64,000 nucleotides of DNA, taken from positions 96,162,001-96,226,000 of the forward strand of contig OX597818.1 in NCBI GenBank assembly GCA_951406725.2. The letters run 5' to 3'. The notes under the pieces were generated by a model. It saw only the letters and a program-made list of their open reading frames with translations, had not been told where the DNA came from and did no database searches. Each line of letters begins with the position of its first letter. Positions within the stretch are counted from its first letter, which is position 1. Both the position numbers and the translations under genes were made by a program. Shown here in pieces: positions 42,271 to 56,242 of this stretch. The stretch comes from Octopus vulgaris (lineage: Eukaryota).

Positions 42271-42606
42271 ATATATATATATATATATATATAAATATAA
42301 CATCCAGGCGTTTGCCTAGTGAAGCACTCTTACGGATAACGGCTATCTGAAAACTGAAAGGGCAAAGTTACCTTATGAAGCTACTGTACTAACAAACAGA
42401 AAATCAGCAAATCACCCGAAGAGTGTATACGATAAAACTATTCCCAGCTAGATTGTGAGAGACAATTTGCACACTCTGCATATGATTAAGTCAATAATTG
42501 CTTACATATTAATGAACATAACGCAAGGTTAGACAAAGTGTAAATAGTTGAAATGATAGTAAACAATGTAATAAAAGCAATAGCGCTAACTTCATCATTC
42601 GATGTT

Positions 42607-42655
<49 letters not shown>

Positions 42656-42825
42656 GAGGGAGAAGGTGAATATTCTCTTTGAGAGAACCGCTTCAGGATT
42701 TATATTATATTTTTGTTTTTCCTTATTTTGAGAGGCCTTTTGAGAGTATACGATATTTCCATATTTCCATATTTCCATAAAATCCATTTATTGGATATTC
42801 CTGTAGTAGTAATAGAAGTAGGTAG

Positions 42826-43246
42826 TACTCTTTTTACTTGTTTTAGTCATTTGACTGTGGCCATGCTGGAGCACCGCCTTTAGTCGAGCAAATCGAGCCA
42901 GGACTTATTCTTTGTAAGCCTAGAACTTATTCTATCGGTCTCTTTTGCTGAACTGCTAAGTTACGAGGACGTAAACCCCCTAGCATCGGTTGTCAAGCGA
43001 TGTTGGGGGGGGGGACAAACACAGACACACAAACACACACGCATATATATACATATATATGTATATATATATATATATATAAATATATATACGACGGGCT
43101 TCTTTCAGTTTCCGTCTACCAAAACCAATCACAAGGCTTTGGTCGGCTCTAGGGCTATAGTAGAATACACTTGCCCAAGGTGCCACGCAGTGGGACTGAA
43201 CCCGGAACCATGTGGTTGGTAAGCAAGCTACTTACCACACAGACAC
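42826..43246 (-). mobile_element. Family C tRNA-derived CORE-like SINE with internal microsatellite (octopus OR-type by recollection)
   Basis: Minus strand gtgtggtaagtagcttgc..gggttcagtccc..ggcaccttgggcaagtgt, then (TA)/(GT), then tail ..aaacaagtaaaa. Confidence 0.8.
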
Positions 43247-44422
43247 TAGTAGAAAGTAGTTGCAGTAGCCGCAGCAGCAGCGGTAGCGGCCACAACATCA
43301 GCAACATCAGATGCAAAGGAAGAGACAAGTACAACCAACTGGAGATTAATTTAAAAAACAGAACACAGTTTAAAAGAAAAGAAAATGTTTTGTTTTTGGA
43401 AAAAAGAAAAAGAAAAGAATCTAATCACACAGACAGTTTGTCACCACAATTTTCAAAAATTTCACTAAGCTTCTGTTTACATCCAACGATTGATAATTTT
43501 TCAAGTAAAATAAACTTTAGATTTATTTTATATTATCTTTACGATCGAAAAAAGAATATATTAAAAGATGTCATGGAAACAAACAGTTGCAAAATCTCTT
43601 CCCAAATCCTCTAAAGTGAATATTCAAGAAACGTAGGAAGCATTTGTTAAAGTACGGTAGGCTCTAGGTTTACGTGGGGAGATTTATTAAGCTCTTACGA
43701 AGGAAACAACAAATAGAGAACACTTGAACATAAGTTGATAACCCTCAAATATGATTTAAACACTACAAGTGATAAACACTGGCGACACATCATAAGAATT
43801 TTAAAAACTGAATTAATTTGAAATTCAGAAATGATCAGAAAGTTGGGCTGTCTTTACTGCTTTTCTCAAGTTGGATCCTTGCTTTCTGATTTTGTTGCAC
43901 TGCGTCATGTTTCCCTCAGCAAAGACTTTCTTCTCTCAAATCTTATTGGTTTTGAAACGTCATTGGTACTTCTGTAACGTTGATTTTTTTTAGTTTTTAA
44001 TGTAGGGTACGCAAACCCATTTTTATTTCTAGGAAGAGTTAGTCCATGTTAGTTTTGGCTTTATTCTTTGAACTGACTAACGTGGGAGACCCTACCAGTA
44101 GCTTGCACTCCGCCAGCACATTTCTCAGGGTCATTGAGGCACACACTCCACCACCACACTGCATCAAGAACTGGACATTGTGGTGGAAACTACAATATTG
44201 ATTTCAAATTTTGGCACAAGGCTAGTAATTTTGAGGGAGGGCATAAGTCGATTACATCGACTCCAGTACTCAACCGGTACTTATTTTACCGCCCCCGAAA
44301 GGATCAAAGGTGAAGTCGACCTCAGCGGCATTTGAGCATTTTAACTCAGAACGTTAAGATGGACGAAATGCTGTATGCTCACCACCTTGATGGAAACTGC
44401 AACATTAACGATACTTAATACC

Positions 44423-44843
44423 TATTTCTTTATTACCCACAAGGGGCTAAACAGAGAGGGGACAAACAAGGACAGACAAAGGGATTAAGTCGATTACATC
44501 GACCCCAGTGCGTAACTGGTACTTTATTTATCGACCCCGAAAGGATGAAAGGCAAAGTCGACCTCGGCGGAATTTGAACTCAGAACGTAACGGCAGACGA
44601 AATACTTATTTCTATTTCTTTACTACCCACAAGGGGCTAAACACAGAGACGACAATCAAGGACAGACAAACGGATTAAGTCGATTATATCGACTCCAGTG
44701 CGCAACTGGTACTTAATTTATCGACCCCGAAAGGATGAAAGGCAAAGTCAACCTCGGTGGAATTTGAACTCAGAACGTAGCGGCAGACGAGATACCGCAA
44801 AGCATTTCGCCCGGCGTGCTAACGTTTCTGCCAGCTCGCCGCC
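44423..44843 (-). mobile_element. Family A SINE dimer
   Basis: 18-bp TSD ttaacgatacttaatacc at 44405 and 44844. An older copy lies at 44200-44380. Confidence 0.9.
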
Positions 44844-45536
44844 TTAACGATACTTAATACCAATGACATTGTCACTTAGTATGAGTAAAATACGAAATCG
44901 GAAAACAGTAGGAGTGTACATAGTTACATGAACAGTTTATGTTCGATGAAAAAAAATCCAGTCAAACGATGCATAAGAGCATATTTGGTGACCACTAGTG
45001 TCATGCTAAGAAAATAGTTCAGTGTAGAAAATATTTTGTTAGTTATTACGCTTTAATAAAACGTATACTTGGAATTTGATAAAAAAAGGAAAAGTATCCA
45101 TCTATGGTGTTGCTACATGGTGTAATGTCTATAGAAGCCCTTGAGTTTTTTGTCCACCACCCCATACATATTCAGGGTTATAAAGCAGACCCCAAAGTGC
45201 CGTCCTCATAAAAGTGTTACGTGGGGTGGAGCATTCCCTCGTCTCCATTTAGATACGCTTCTGCTATCATGAGTAATTTTAAAAACAAGGCATGGTAACA
45301 GACCAGTTAAACAAGACAATCTAGCATCAGTCAAAATATCTCACTTCATTCCACGAATGATTTCGTACAACATTCTTGGTAAGAATCTTGTACGAATCGT
45401 TTATAAGTTTAGCACAGAGTCACACATCGAATAGCGGATGTAATCGACCGAATTGATTACATTTTCAGTACAGATCTGGTATCTATTTTGTGAGCGTGTA
45501 TGCGTGCGTTGTCATTACAAGGAAAAGGTTAACACT

Positions 45537-45696
45537 GGCGCAGGAGTGGCTTTGCGGTAAGTAGCTTGCTTACCAACCACATGGTTCCGGGTTCAGTACC
45601 ACTGCGTAGAACCTTGGGTAAGTGTATTCTACTATAGCCTCGGACCGACTAAAGCCCTGTGAGTGGATTTGGTAGACGGAAACAGAAAGAAACCAG

Positions 45697-45700
<4 letters not shown>
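45537..45700 (+). mobile_element. Family C SINE 5' half
   Basis: ggcgcaggagtggct..gtaagtagcttgcttaccaaccacatggttccgggttcag. Confidence 0.8.
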
Positions 45701-45750
<50 letters not shown>

Positions 45751-45983
45751 TAAATTAATAAATAAATAAAATATATGCATATATACATACATATATGTAT
45801 GTACCTACCTCTTCATGTATATATACATGCATATAAGGGTACAGGACACCAAAAAAAACGTCGAACACAATGAGAAACGAAAACATAAACACACACATAT
45901 ATATATGCATGTATATATACATATAGATGTAGGTATGTACATATATGTATGTATGTATGCATATGTTTTATTTGTTAAATTGT

Positions 45984-46021
<38 letters not shown>

Positions 46022-47299
46022 AACATACACACATATAGTGGGCACATACGAACATACAAACTATGTACATGGACGTGTACAGGAAAATCTTTTTCCTACG
46101 CTGACAGTTTCTCTCTCTGCGAATTAATTTGTTACTGTTGCTGTTGTTGCTTCTGTTACTGCAGTTTAAAAGCAGCCGTTGTTTATGTCCCAGCACCTCT
46201 ATGTTTAAATGTATTTATATCTAAGCTTGTAGATCTTGACTCATGATAAATGCCTTTTTTTTGTTTCTTGTGACAAATTAGATCTAATCACACTGGGAGA
46301 CACACAGCAGTCAGGAATCATTCTTTTCAGTGGAATTTACACTTTTGCTCAGTCACGTTGATAAGTATTTCCTGACACTTTCCTCTCTCGTGACATCCAT
46401 AACGTCATTTTATTGACAGGACGTAGCTGTTTGTGTGTTGGAATCTTTTGATTGACTAACTTACATGATGAGCTTGTAAATTATTTTCTGGCTGAACGAT
46501 TTCGATCCTTAACTTATGTTAGAACACTACCGGAAACAAGCGATGCTGTCAGCTGGTGACGCTAATAAATTATGCATGTATACATAATTATGCATGTATA
46601 CCTAAATTATGCATGTATACGGCGGTGGTGCCCCAGCATGACCGCGGCCTTCGGGCTAAAACATTTTAAAGGATTTTTAAGGATACATACATACATACAT
46701 ACATAAGTACATACATTATATACGAGCAAAACCCCCCCCCCGTTTAATGGACGGTGCTGAGTTGTCAAACATTTAAACTAAATTTTCTCAAAACTTGTCC
46801 GACTGTCCCTTAGGCCTCCCTTTTGAGAAACACTGATTTAACCTAAATTTGAGACACCAGCAAAAGAAGAAATAAAGATAGACTTTTTTCTGTTCCAAAG
46901 AAAAATGATTTTATTGACACAAATATGCAACCGAAGAGTTTAAAGTACCAGTAATGATAAAGCTGCTGACTGGGCGAACACAAACATGGTTTAAACAGTA
47001 AGCTTGGCAGGAAAGAAACGTGCCTTTAAGCAGTACAAAAGCAACTAAAAATGGAGGGTGCAGTTATATACGGGTTGACGGGAGAAAAGCAGGACAAAAA
47101 CGATGCATGCAAATGGGTTAGCTGGAGGTAAATCTAGATGGAAAAGCATGATGAGTTTATGAGAACGTACTTGGGACAATAATAAGTTTATCCGATCAAA
47201 CAAGTAGGAAACAGCACGTGCATTTTTCTCGCGTACGCGTAGTATCGATCGCAACAGCTGATGTACTTGCACGTACAAATGCACGTTCCCACGGCTTTA

Positions 47300-47490
47300 T
47301 CGATCGCTTCTCACCTGGAATCGATTTTTGTAATTTTTTCAAGATATATACACGCCCTGATACCGTCGGTATCTACATATCAAATTTGAGCGCAATCGGA
47401 TGGAGGATGCCCGAGTTCCTAGAAGACACACACACACGCACACACACAGAGACAGACAGACACAACGGATTTTATATTATATATATATAT
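47300..47490 (+). mobile_element. Possible Helitron/Helentron-type non-autonomous end
   Basis: aaatttgagcgcaatcggat..(CA)n gacagacagacac..ttttatattatatatat resembles Lep1/HINE-type termini. Confidence 0.4.
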
Positions 47491-47529
47491 ATATCAGATC
47501 AAATTACTTGCTATGCGAGTACATCTCCG

Positions 47530-47565
<36 letters not shown>

Positions 47566-48402
47566 TACTAGTACATAATAATGTTGGTTGCGGTCGAAAG
47601 CAAGAATCGTGCTGGCTAGTTTATGTATATATATATATATATATATGTACAATTTAATTTCGGTGCTGTAAAAGATCAGCTTCACTAATGGTGAAAGGCG
47701 GTCGGTGAATAAAATATTTGTTACGTTTTAGCCTTGTTTGCAGTGGACTTAACTGATGAAGGACAAGAGCCCTTTCGCGAAAATCCAGAAATCGATTCTA
47801 AGTTATCTGCCATTTCTCATTACGTTTTTCGCAGAGGTAAGACACAAAATTGTTTTTCACCGCCCGCCTTTCACCATGCTTGTTTTAAGTGTCAGTATAT
47901 ATGTTTTCATCATAGAAATCTATCAAATTTACTCACAAGGCATTGGTCGGCCAAAAGGAGTAGTAGAAGACACTTGCCCATGGAGTCACATTATTGGACT
48001 GAACCCGAAGCCACGTGGTTGCAAGTCGTGCATTTTAACTGCGCCCACTGTTAAATACTATTTTTGTTTTTCATTCAGAATATTTTCATATTCTAGCTAC
48101 GGTTATTGTTTTTCTAATCTTTGAATTATTAATTCTGTATTCCTTTATTCCGTTTCGCAATTAATCCCCACGCGTAGGCAGCGTTTAAATGTTATTATAA
48201 TGTTAAATGCTGTTTAATTCGTATACATATTTTGATATAAAATATGTGCTACAGTGAACAATTGCTATGTTGAATTTTTCTTTGTGAAGGAAATATTTGG
48301 AGAGGCTATTGTTCTTGGTCATAGCTATACTTCATACGTGTTTTTGTATGTATGTATGTATGTATGTATGTATGTATGTATGTATGTATGTATGTATGTA
48401 TG

Positions 48403-48441
<39 letters not shown>

Positions 48442-48649
48442 CTTTCTGTTTCTGTTGTACTTGTATTTCAAAGGACCAGCCTTGTCACACTCTGTGTCAA
48501 GCTGAATCTCCCCGAGAACTACGTTAAGGGTACCCGTGTCTGTGGAATGCTCAGCTATTTGCACGTTAATTTCACGAGTAGGCTGTTCCGTTGATCGTAT
48601 CAACTGGAATCCTCCCCATCGGAACCGACGGAGTGCCACTATATATATA

Positions 48650-48856
48650 TACTCTTTTACTCTTTTACTCTTTTACTTGTTTCAGTCATTTGACTGCGGC
48701 CATGCTGGAGCACCGCCTTTAGTCGAGCAAACTTGTTCTTTGTAAGCCCAGTACTTATTCTATCGGTCTCTTTTGCCGAACCGCTAAGTGACGGGGACGT
48801 AAACACACCAGCATCGGTTGTCAGACAATGCTAGGGGGACAAACACAGACACACAA

Positions 48857-48909
<53 letters not shown>

Positions 48910-49007
48910 TACGACAGGCTTCTTTCAGTTTCCGTCTACCAAATCCACTCACAAGGCATTGGTCGGCCCGGGGCTATAGCAGAAGACACTTGCCCAAGAT
49001 GCCACAA
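48650..49007 (-). mobile_element. Family C SINE, 5'-truncated
   Basis: Near-colinear with 42826-43190. Confidence 0.82.
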
Positions 49008-49022
49008 TGTAAACTGCAGGTT

Positions 49023-49394
49023 GCAATGTTTCACCAAAAAGAAGAGTTATAATTGTCACTAAATGTGACCAAGGTGTTAGAAAACACCTAAATTGCTAGA
49101 AATAAGAGCTAAACGCTCTAATACTGTAGTTAATGCACATGATTGAAAACAAATACACTAACAGGGACCATAATTATGCGAAAAATAGTGACCGAGGATT
49201 TTTAAAACTGATGCGTCACTTTCGGCACTTTCCGTTGCCATCATCAGTTAAGCCAGCTCGGTGTTCGGCTGTTTCTCTAGTAGCGTATAAGTTTCCGTTA
49301 TCCAAATTAATGGAAGCTTTAGCGAATCGCTAAGCTCTCATTTCTAGCAATGTAGGTGTTTTTAACTCCCTAGTCACATTTAGTAACAATTATA
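49023..49394 (-). mobile_element. Second H2 element with degenerate hammerhead
   Basis: Homologous to 26728-27072. Minus strand cuuaa CUGAUGA uGGCA..UGCC GAAAg at ~49190-49260. ~65-bp terminal inverted arms. Confidence 0.75.
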
Positions 49395-49586
49395 CATATA
49401 TGGTGTGGCTGTGTAGTAGGAAGTTTGCTTCCCAGCCACATGGTCACATGGTTAGTATACTTGGTAGGCGAAAGCTACAAGAAGTCTGTCGTATATATAT
49501 ATATATACAAGCATATGAATAAACATGTATACACACACACATATATATATATATACATGTATATAGATATATATGTATGCAATACA

Positions 49587-49624
<38 letters not shown>

Positions 49625-49630
<6 letters not shown>

Positions 49631-49790
49631 GAGAATTCACAAAAAAAAAGACGAAGACAGGTGGTGTTGACAACAAACAGATGTATTAGTTTAACGCTCG
49701 GGAAGTGAAGAAGTCTTTAAGGTTTCGAGCCTATGCTCTTCCACAGAGAGGAACATAGAAAGAAACAAGGAGAGAAAATAAAGCGGAAAA
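49625..49790 (-). mobile_element. H3 element copy
   Basis: CUGUGGA A GAGC-AUAG-GCUC GAAAC cuu aaagac at 49713-49746. Confidence 0.6.
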
Positions 49791-49807
49791 AATATATATA
49801 CAGATAT

Positions 49808-49862
<55 letters not shown>

Positions 49863-49975
49863 CTATATATATATCCATATATATGCATATAAATCTATAT
49901 CTATATATATATACATGTACATATATACATATACATCTATACATACACATCTATAAATATACATCTATATATATA

Positions 49976-50027
<52 letters not shown>

Positions 50028-50033
50028 TACATG

Positions 50034-50085
<52 letters not shown>

Positions 50086-50287
50086 AATATATATATACAT
50101 ACATATATATATACATTTAGATAAACATACATATATATACACATATATATACATATAAATAGATACATATATACATATATTTATACATATAATATATATA
50201 CATATATATGTACATACACATATATGGGCAGATGTATATACACATATATACATGCATACATACATACATACATATACGTATACATAC

Positions 50288-50342
<55 letters not shown>

Positions 50343-50569
50343 CGTATATATATTTATATATATACATGTATATATGTATGTATGTATGTATATATATATG
50401 TATATGTGTATGTATATATGTATGCTTCTATATATGTGAGATAATATTTTTAGTATTACTAGTTTCACTATGTACATTGTATACATAGTGAAAGTATTAA
50501 TAGTGAAACATGTAAGAGAATAATAGAATAAAAGAATATATAATATACATGTTATATATGTATATATTA

Positions 50570-50641
<72 letters not shown>

Positions 50642-51104
50642 TGCACACGCACGTACGCACGCACATAATTCGATTTAGGTGCCTACCTACACTTATTGCT
50701 AAAAATATTGGGTAATGACCGGAAAATGCGTAACTCGGTCAAGGAGGTTCAACTGGCCAAGCTGCTCCTATACTACGGAGATAATATTAGAACATCACAG
50801 GAAAGAATCGCGCGATGAAGGCTTCAAGTAGAACCAACCGGCAGCAAACCTAGAGTAGATAAATGACGAAATCGTTGGATAATATCTAGAGCGTCAATTG
50901 GCCACACTTGTGAAACCAACCGGAAAATTTGATGGCTATCACTTCTGATAGGACTCGATAGAAGAGATGCTGGAGGACTGTACTCCCACGACCTTTTGTA
51001 GGAATAGCGGGCGGAAAAGATGGGGTCATCTTTACTTTGTTATCTCCCCTACTTTCCCTCTCGTGTGTGACCCTTCTGTCCGAGTCAGTCGCCATGATAG
51101 ATCG

Positions 51105-51280
51105 TTAGCCACTACACACATTTTTTTCTCGCTCCTTGTTTTTTCTGTGTCCCTTTCTGTAGACGAGCGTAGACTCGAAACGTAAAAGACTTTTTCTATT
51201 CCTGAGCGTTATACTAATACATCTGTTTGTTTTGTACACCACCTGTCTTCGTCTTTTATTTTTTCGTAAACTCTCCTTAT
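51105..51280 (+). mobile_element. H3 element copy
   Basis: cuuu CUGUAGA C GAG-CGUAGA-CUC GAAAC GU A aaag at 51153-51188. Confidence 0.62.
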
Positions 51281-51849
51281 GTATGTATGTATGTATGTAT
51301 GTATGTATGTATGTATGTATGTATGTATCATACATGCTCTCACTCCCACCTTCTTACTTTCATGCTCTCCTCCATGTACTTAATGATTATACACACTCAG
51401 CAACTCACCATACTCCTACTAACTCAGGCCACTATGTTTCCGTTCCTGCACACCTCAGAAATACCAACACATATACCACAAAAATCACACATACAGTAAC
51501 TCCTTATTCCCGTCTCGAAACATAGACACACTCCTACAAATGCACATTCCCCTCCCTGCCTTCTTAATTCCTCCCAGAGAATTGTATCCCAATGTGGCTC
51601 TAACTCCTCAACCGGTTTTCCCTCTCTCCCTCTTCTAAACCGCTTTCCCCTTTTCACAGTCTTTTTTTATTGTTCTGCTATACTTTTCTTCTGATGAAGG
51701 ATTAACATCCAAAACATTAAGGCACGCACCTTCCATTTCAAGCGTTAAAGTAATACATATTTTTGAAAATCTTGTCCCTTCTGTGTCGTCTTTCTTCTTT
51801 ATTTTCGTTCATTGCCTTCATAACAAGCACTCACGTATATATATATATT

Positions 51850-51997
51850 GGCGTTAGGAAGGGCATCCAGCTGTAGAAACTCTGCCAGATCAGATTGCTG
51901 CCTGGCGCAGCCATCTGGTTCGCCAGTTCTCAGTCAAATCGTCCAAACCATGCTAGCATGGAAAGCGGACATTAAATGATGATGATGATGATAATGA
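51850..51997 (+). mobile_element. Family D SINE 3' part ending in (GAT)n
   Basis: ggcgttaggaagggcatccagctgtagaaac..aaatgatgatgat. Longer copy at 59630-59890. Confidence 0.75.
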
Positions 51998-52098
51998 TAT
52001 ATATATATATATATATATATGTAAATAATGTATGCGCAAATATGAGGTATGTATATGTACATATGTATGAATGTATGCATGTGTATGTGTGAGTGTGT

Positions 52099-52144
<46 letters not shown>

Positions 52145-52786
52145 AGATATATATGTACGCGTAGGCCTGTGTGCCTGTATGTTCATGTATGGATAGATAG
52201 TTTGCTCAAAGTGTTTTTATAATATATTGAGAAAAGAAAAATCAATAAAAACGAGAATGGTGTTAGAGAGAAATTGGGCGGGAGTGTATTTTGAAAGTTA
52301 ATTTCAAGTCAGATCAGAGACGAAGGATGCTTCAGAAGAAGATGGACGTAGTTGCATGTGGCTGAATTTTGACGTTAAAGAAAACTATAAGTGTAAGTAT
52401 AGCAATCAAATATTGTTATTGTTGTTGCTATCGTTCTTGCTAATGTTGTTGTTGGTGTTGCTAGTAGTTTTAATGACAATGGTCTTAGTTAAATAATAGA
52501 CGCACTACACGGCGTCTTGGTAAACTGAGTTGTACGGTAAACTTCCGGGTGTGTGACTTTAGTCGCGTTTGTAGCTTCACCGAGAAAAGCCGACACTATG
52601 TTTAAATTACATGTTTCCTATCTGACTATAGAAAACAAAAGTCGACGGTCTGTCTAGTTAAAGCGTTTAAATAGTCTTCATCGATGAAGGTTGATCATGC
52701 ATCTGTATATCTATATACAGGCCTGGGCTCTTTACGAAGAATGCAAATCTCCTGTCTTCACATAATGATATTTATTTCAAGAGGAA

Positions 52787-53215
52787 GGCGGCGAGCTGGC
52801 AGAAACGTTAGCACGCCGGGCGAAATGCGTAGCCGTATTTCGTCTGCCGTTACGTTCTGAGTTCAAATTCCGCCGAGGTTGACTTTGCCTTTCATCCTTT
52901 CGGGGTCGATAAATTAAGTATCAGTTACGCACTGGAGTCGATATAATCGACTTAATCCGTTTGTCTGTCCTTGTTTGCCCTCTCTGTGTTTAGCCCTTTG
53001 AGGGCAATAAAGAAATAAGAATTACCTGCACGCCAGGTAAAATGCTAAATGGCATTTTGTCCGTCTTACGTTCTGAATTCAAATTCCGCCGAGGTCGGAT
53101 TTGTCTTTCATCCTCTCAGGGTTATTGAAGTAAGTGCCAGTTGAGCACTGGGGTCTATGTAATCGAGCTACCCTATGTCCCGAAGTTGCTGGTCTTGTAC
53201 CAAAGTTTGAAATCA
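52787..53215 (+). mobile_element. Family A SINE plus adjacent older copy
   Basis: Full consensus-like body at 52787-53020. Confidence 0.88.
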
Positions 53216-54179
53216 ACATTTATCTGGAAGGAAAGGCCACCGACACTTGGGCGGATATAGATGTTTTTTAATTTGTTGAATCTGGAGGAAGGGACGGAGT
53301 CCATGATCCTTGCGGGTCCTTCAAAATTGGAGAGACCGATTCCCGCCAACGTTCTGTTTGAACTGATACAGGTCAGCATCTGCAGGAAAGACATTCTAGA
53401 GGAATAATGCTCTTGAGATGAAGGATTGTGAGAAGTAGAGAGTGCGGAGAAAGGCAAGTTGGACGAATCATAGGTGACGTGAAGTGGAGAGATGAGTGGG
53501 GTGAAGATGCCTGAGTGGTGGAGATACAAGACAAGCCAGCTCAAGGAGCAGAGGTAATTAAAATAGCGATAAATAGCGATAAAAATGACGGAGAGAAGAT
53601 ATTGTATGGCTGGAGGTTGTCCGTTAGTGATGGAACGCAAATCAGCCAAGTTGTCCATCACTGGATGCGATTCAGAGTGTCTGTCTGCAGAGGATCACTG
53701 TCTGAGATGTGGACGCAGTACTCCATTGTGCCTGGTCCTCTAATAGTTCCGTTAATCCCCTGCTCTAGATTGGTATTTTTTTTATTGACCCTGAAAGAAT
53801 GAAAGGCAAAGTTGACCTCGATCGGATTCGGCTGAGGTTCGGAACAAATGCTGCGGAGCATTCTAATCAACGCTGAAACGTCTCAGCCAATCCGTCACCC
53901 TATGTTTCAGTATTTATTACTTCCTTGTCAGAGATCGGTTATTCATATTCCTAAGCCCAGAGAAAATTACCAGCTGCAGTTATTTATAGTATACACTGAC
54001 TTTGATATAACTAAGCCTCTCTGCCTCAATTTGCATAAATACCTATTGTTTTCTCTGTGGTGATAGAAATGAATAACCGAGCCTTGAAGCAGTAAAAAAC
54101 AAACAACCAAAAACTAGCAACGTCTGTCTCATTTTTTGCTAGAGAGAAAGAAAGAGAGAGAGAGAGAGAGAGGGAGAGA

Positions 54180-54242
<63 letters not shown>

Positions 54243-54716
54243 TAAAAAACCGTGTGTTTCAAGCAGTAGTGTAGTATGGGCTACCAGCGCTCAAGGCAAG
54301 GCAAGTATTTTCTGTGTGAGGCAGAGGGCGCGCTGTTTTTATTATTTGTTATTACTATTTTATTGTCTTTTGCTTTTGAAAAGTTGTAACCAGGGCAACC
54401 ATCCCCGTGGTCTTGTTCATGCTACGCTATTGTGTTTGACCTTAATAACGTGCGTTTACTAAAGACATATATAACTGATTTTAACATACAACTGAAGCCA
54501 GCAATTGAGAAGAATGGATGTTTATCGATTACGTCGTCGCCAGTACTTGACTGGTACTTTAATTGATCGTCCTCAAAAGGATGAAAAGGGCAATATTAAT
54601 TTGGGAGGAATATGAACTCAGAACGTAAAGAACCAGAAGAAATACTGCAGAGAAACTTTTGTTTCTATTCTGCCAACCCTCCGCCCTCTAAAATAACATA
54701 TCTCTAAAATAACTGC

Positions 54717-55174
54717 GGATCTTTTCGGTTTGAATGGCAGTTTTTTCTAGCGGTGTCATATGAAATTGTCACCCATAATTATGACCCTAGTATCGATCTA
54801 TTGCATTTCAATCTGTTTTAGGGTTAGGGTTAGGGGTGGGGGGAAGGGTATCTTTTTTTCTTCACAAATGTAAATAAACCCAATCTGTTTCTTAAACGAG
54901 GGACATATTCATACGGCACAGAATGTTTCTTTTTACCTCAATAGACGTCAGTGATTGCAGAATGTTTCTTTTTACCTCAATAGACGTCAGTGATTGGTTG
55001 AAATTGCAGAAATTGAAGAAAAAAAAAGCAAATATCTTACAAACTATAGAATTTTCTCAATAAAGCCAAGAGAAAAAGATGTTTTATAAACACATTCTAC
55101 CAGTATACGAAGTTTAAAATTTTTTAGTTACCTAGAAATTACGTTAAAAACTGCCGTTCAAACCGAAAGGATCC
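54717..55174. mobile_element. MITE with 29-bp TIRs and 8-bp TSD (Merlin-like)
   Basis: TIR GGATCYTTTCGGTTTGAAYGGCAGTTTTT. TSD ataactgc at 54709-54716 and 55175-55182. Confidence 0.85.
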
Positions 55175-55733
55175 ATAACTGCTTCTAACATAGGCACAGG
55201 ACCTGAAATTCAAGGAATGTTAGTCGACTACATCTTTGACTGGTAGCTTATTTATAAAGACATTATAACGTGCATTTTTAAAAACCTTCTGCCTTAACGT
55301 TACCTTACATCGTCATTAATACTCTTTTACCCTTTTATTCTTTTATTTGTTTCAAGTCATTTGACTGCGGCCATACTGGAACATCATCTTCAAGGGTTTA
55401 ATCAGACAAATCGACTCTAGTATTTATTTTAATTTTGGTACTTACAGCATCGGTTTCTTGTCGCCGACGCTAATTTAAGAGTATGCAAACAAACCCTCAC
55501 CGGTTAATAAGTGGTAGAGGGACAAACACAAGGACATGAACGCTCACACACACATACGCATATATAGTATATAACACACACACGCGCGCGCACATATACA
55601 CATAGTATACAAACACACACACAGACACACAAATATCATTCACGTTAAGTTAGATTAGTTATGACTCCTCATTCGCCACTTAGGTGGGCGCTAAGCATAA
55701 CAGCTACTTAAAACGGGACACTAAACATAAGTA

Positions 55734-56242
55734 CCATAAATCCTCGAGTATAGTCCGCCCTTGAGTATAATACGCAGGGGATTTTTAGGGGCTGTACCTC
55801 TGAAAAATCTAAATCTTGTGTATAATACGCACCCCCTTCTCTAACTTGAGTCAAGGAGGTCTATATAACGTCTTTGGTTTGAAAAGTGTATACGGTAACG
55901 TCCTTTATTATTATTGTATATATAACATAATGCAAACATGTAGCTTTTTGTGCATTTTGTTTGCAGAAAATAAAGAAATAACAGTAATAACGTTTAATAA
56001 ATGTTGCTTATTGCAAGTTATGGATGATTCTTTTATGACTTCATTGCTTTCAGGCTTAACTTAAGGTATTTTCGCGCCCGACATCACAAAATGCGTCTGA
56101 ATAAAAATTGCCGGACAGCAAATAGAGACTCGGACATTGCTTAGAAAATATTTTTCATTTTAAACCGCGTTTATAGTATGCACTAGGGATTTTGACCTTT
56201 AAATTTTGGGGGAAAATGCGGATTATACTCGAGGATTTACGG
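55734..56242. mobile_element. pogo/Tigger-like MITE, inverted relative to the 40639 copy
   Basis: Same TIRs and TA flanks. Shared internal text (FNKCCLLQVMDDSFMTSLLSGL in both ORF translations). Confidence 0.85.

Noticed and set aside
53173-53661. 162-aa minus-strand ORF
   Set aside because: No recognisable motif. It may be a decayed retroelement but this cannot be supported by eye.
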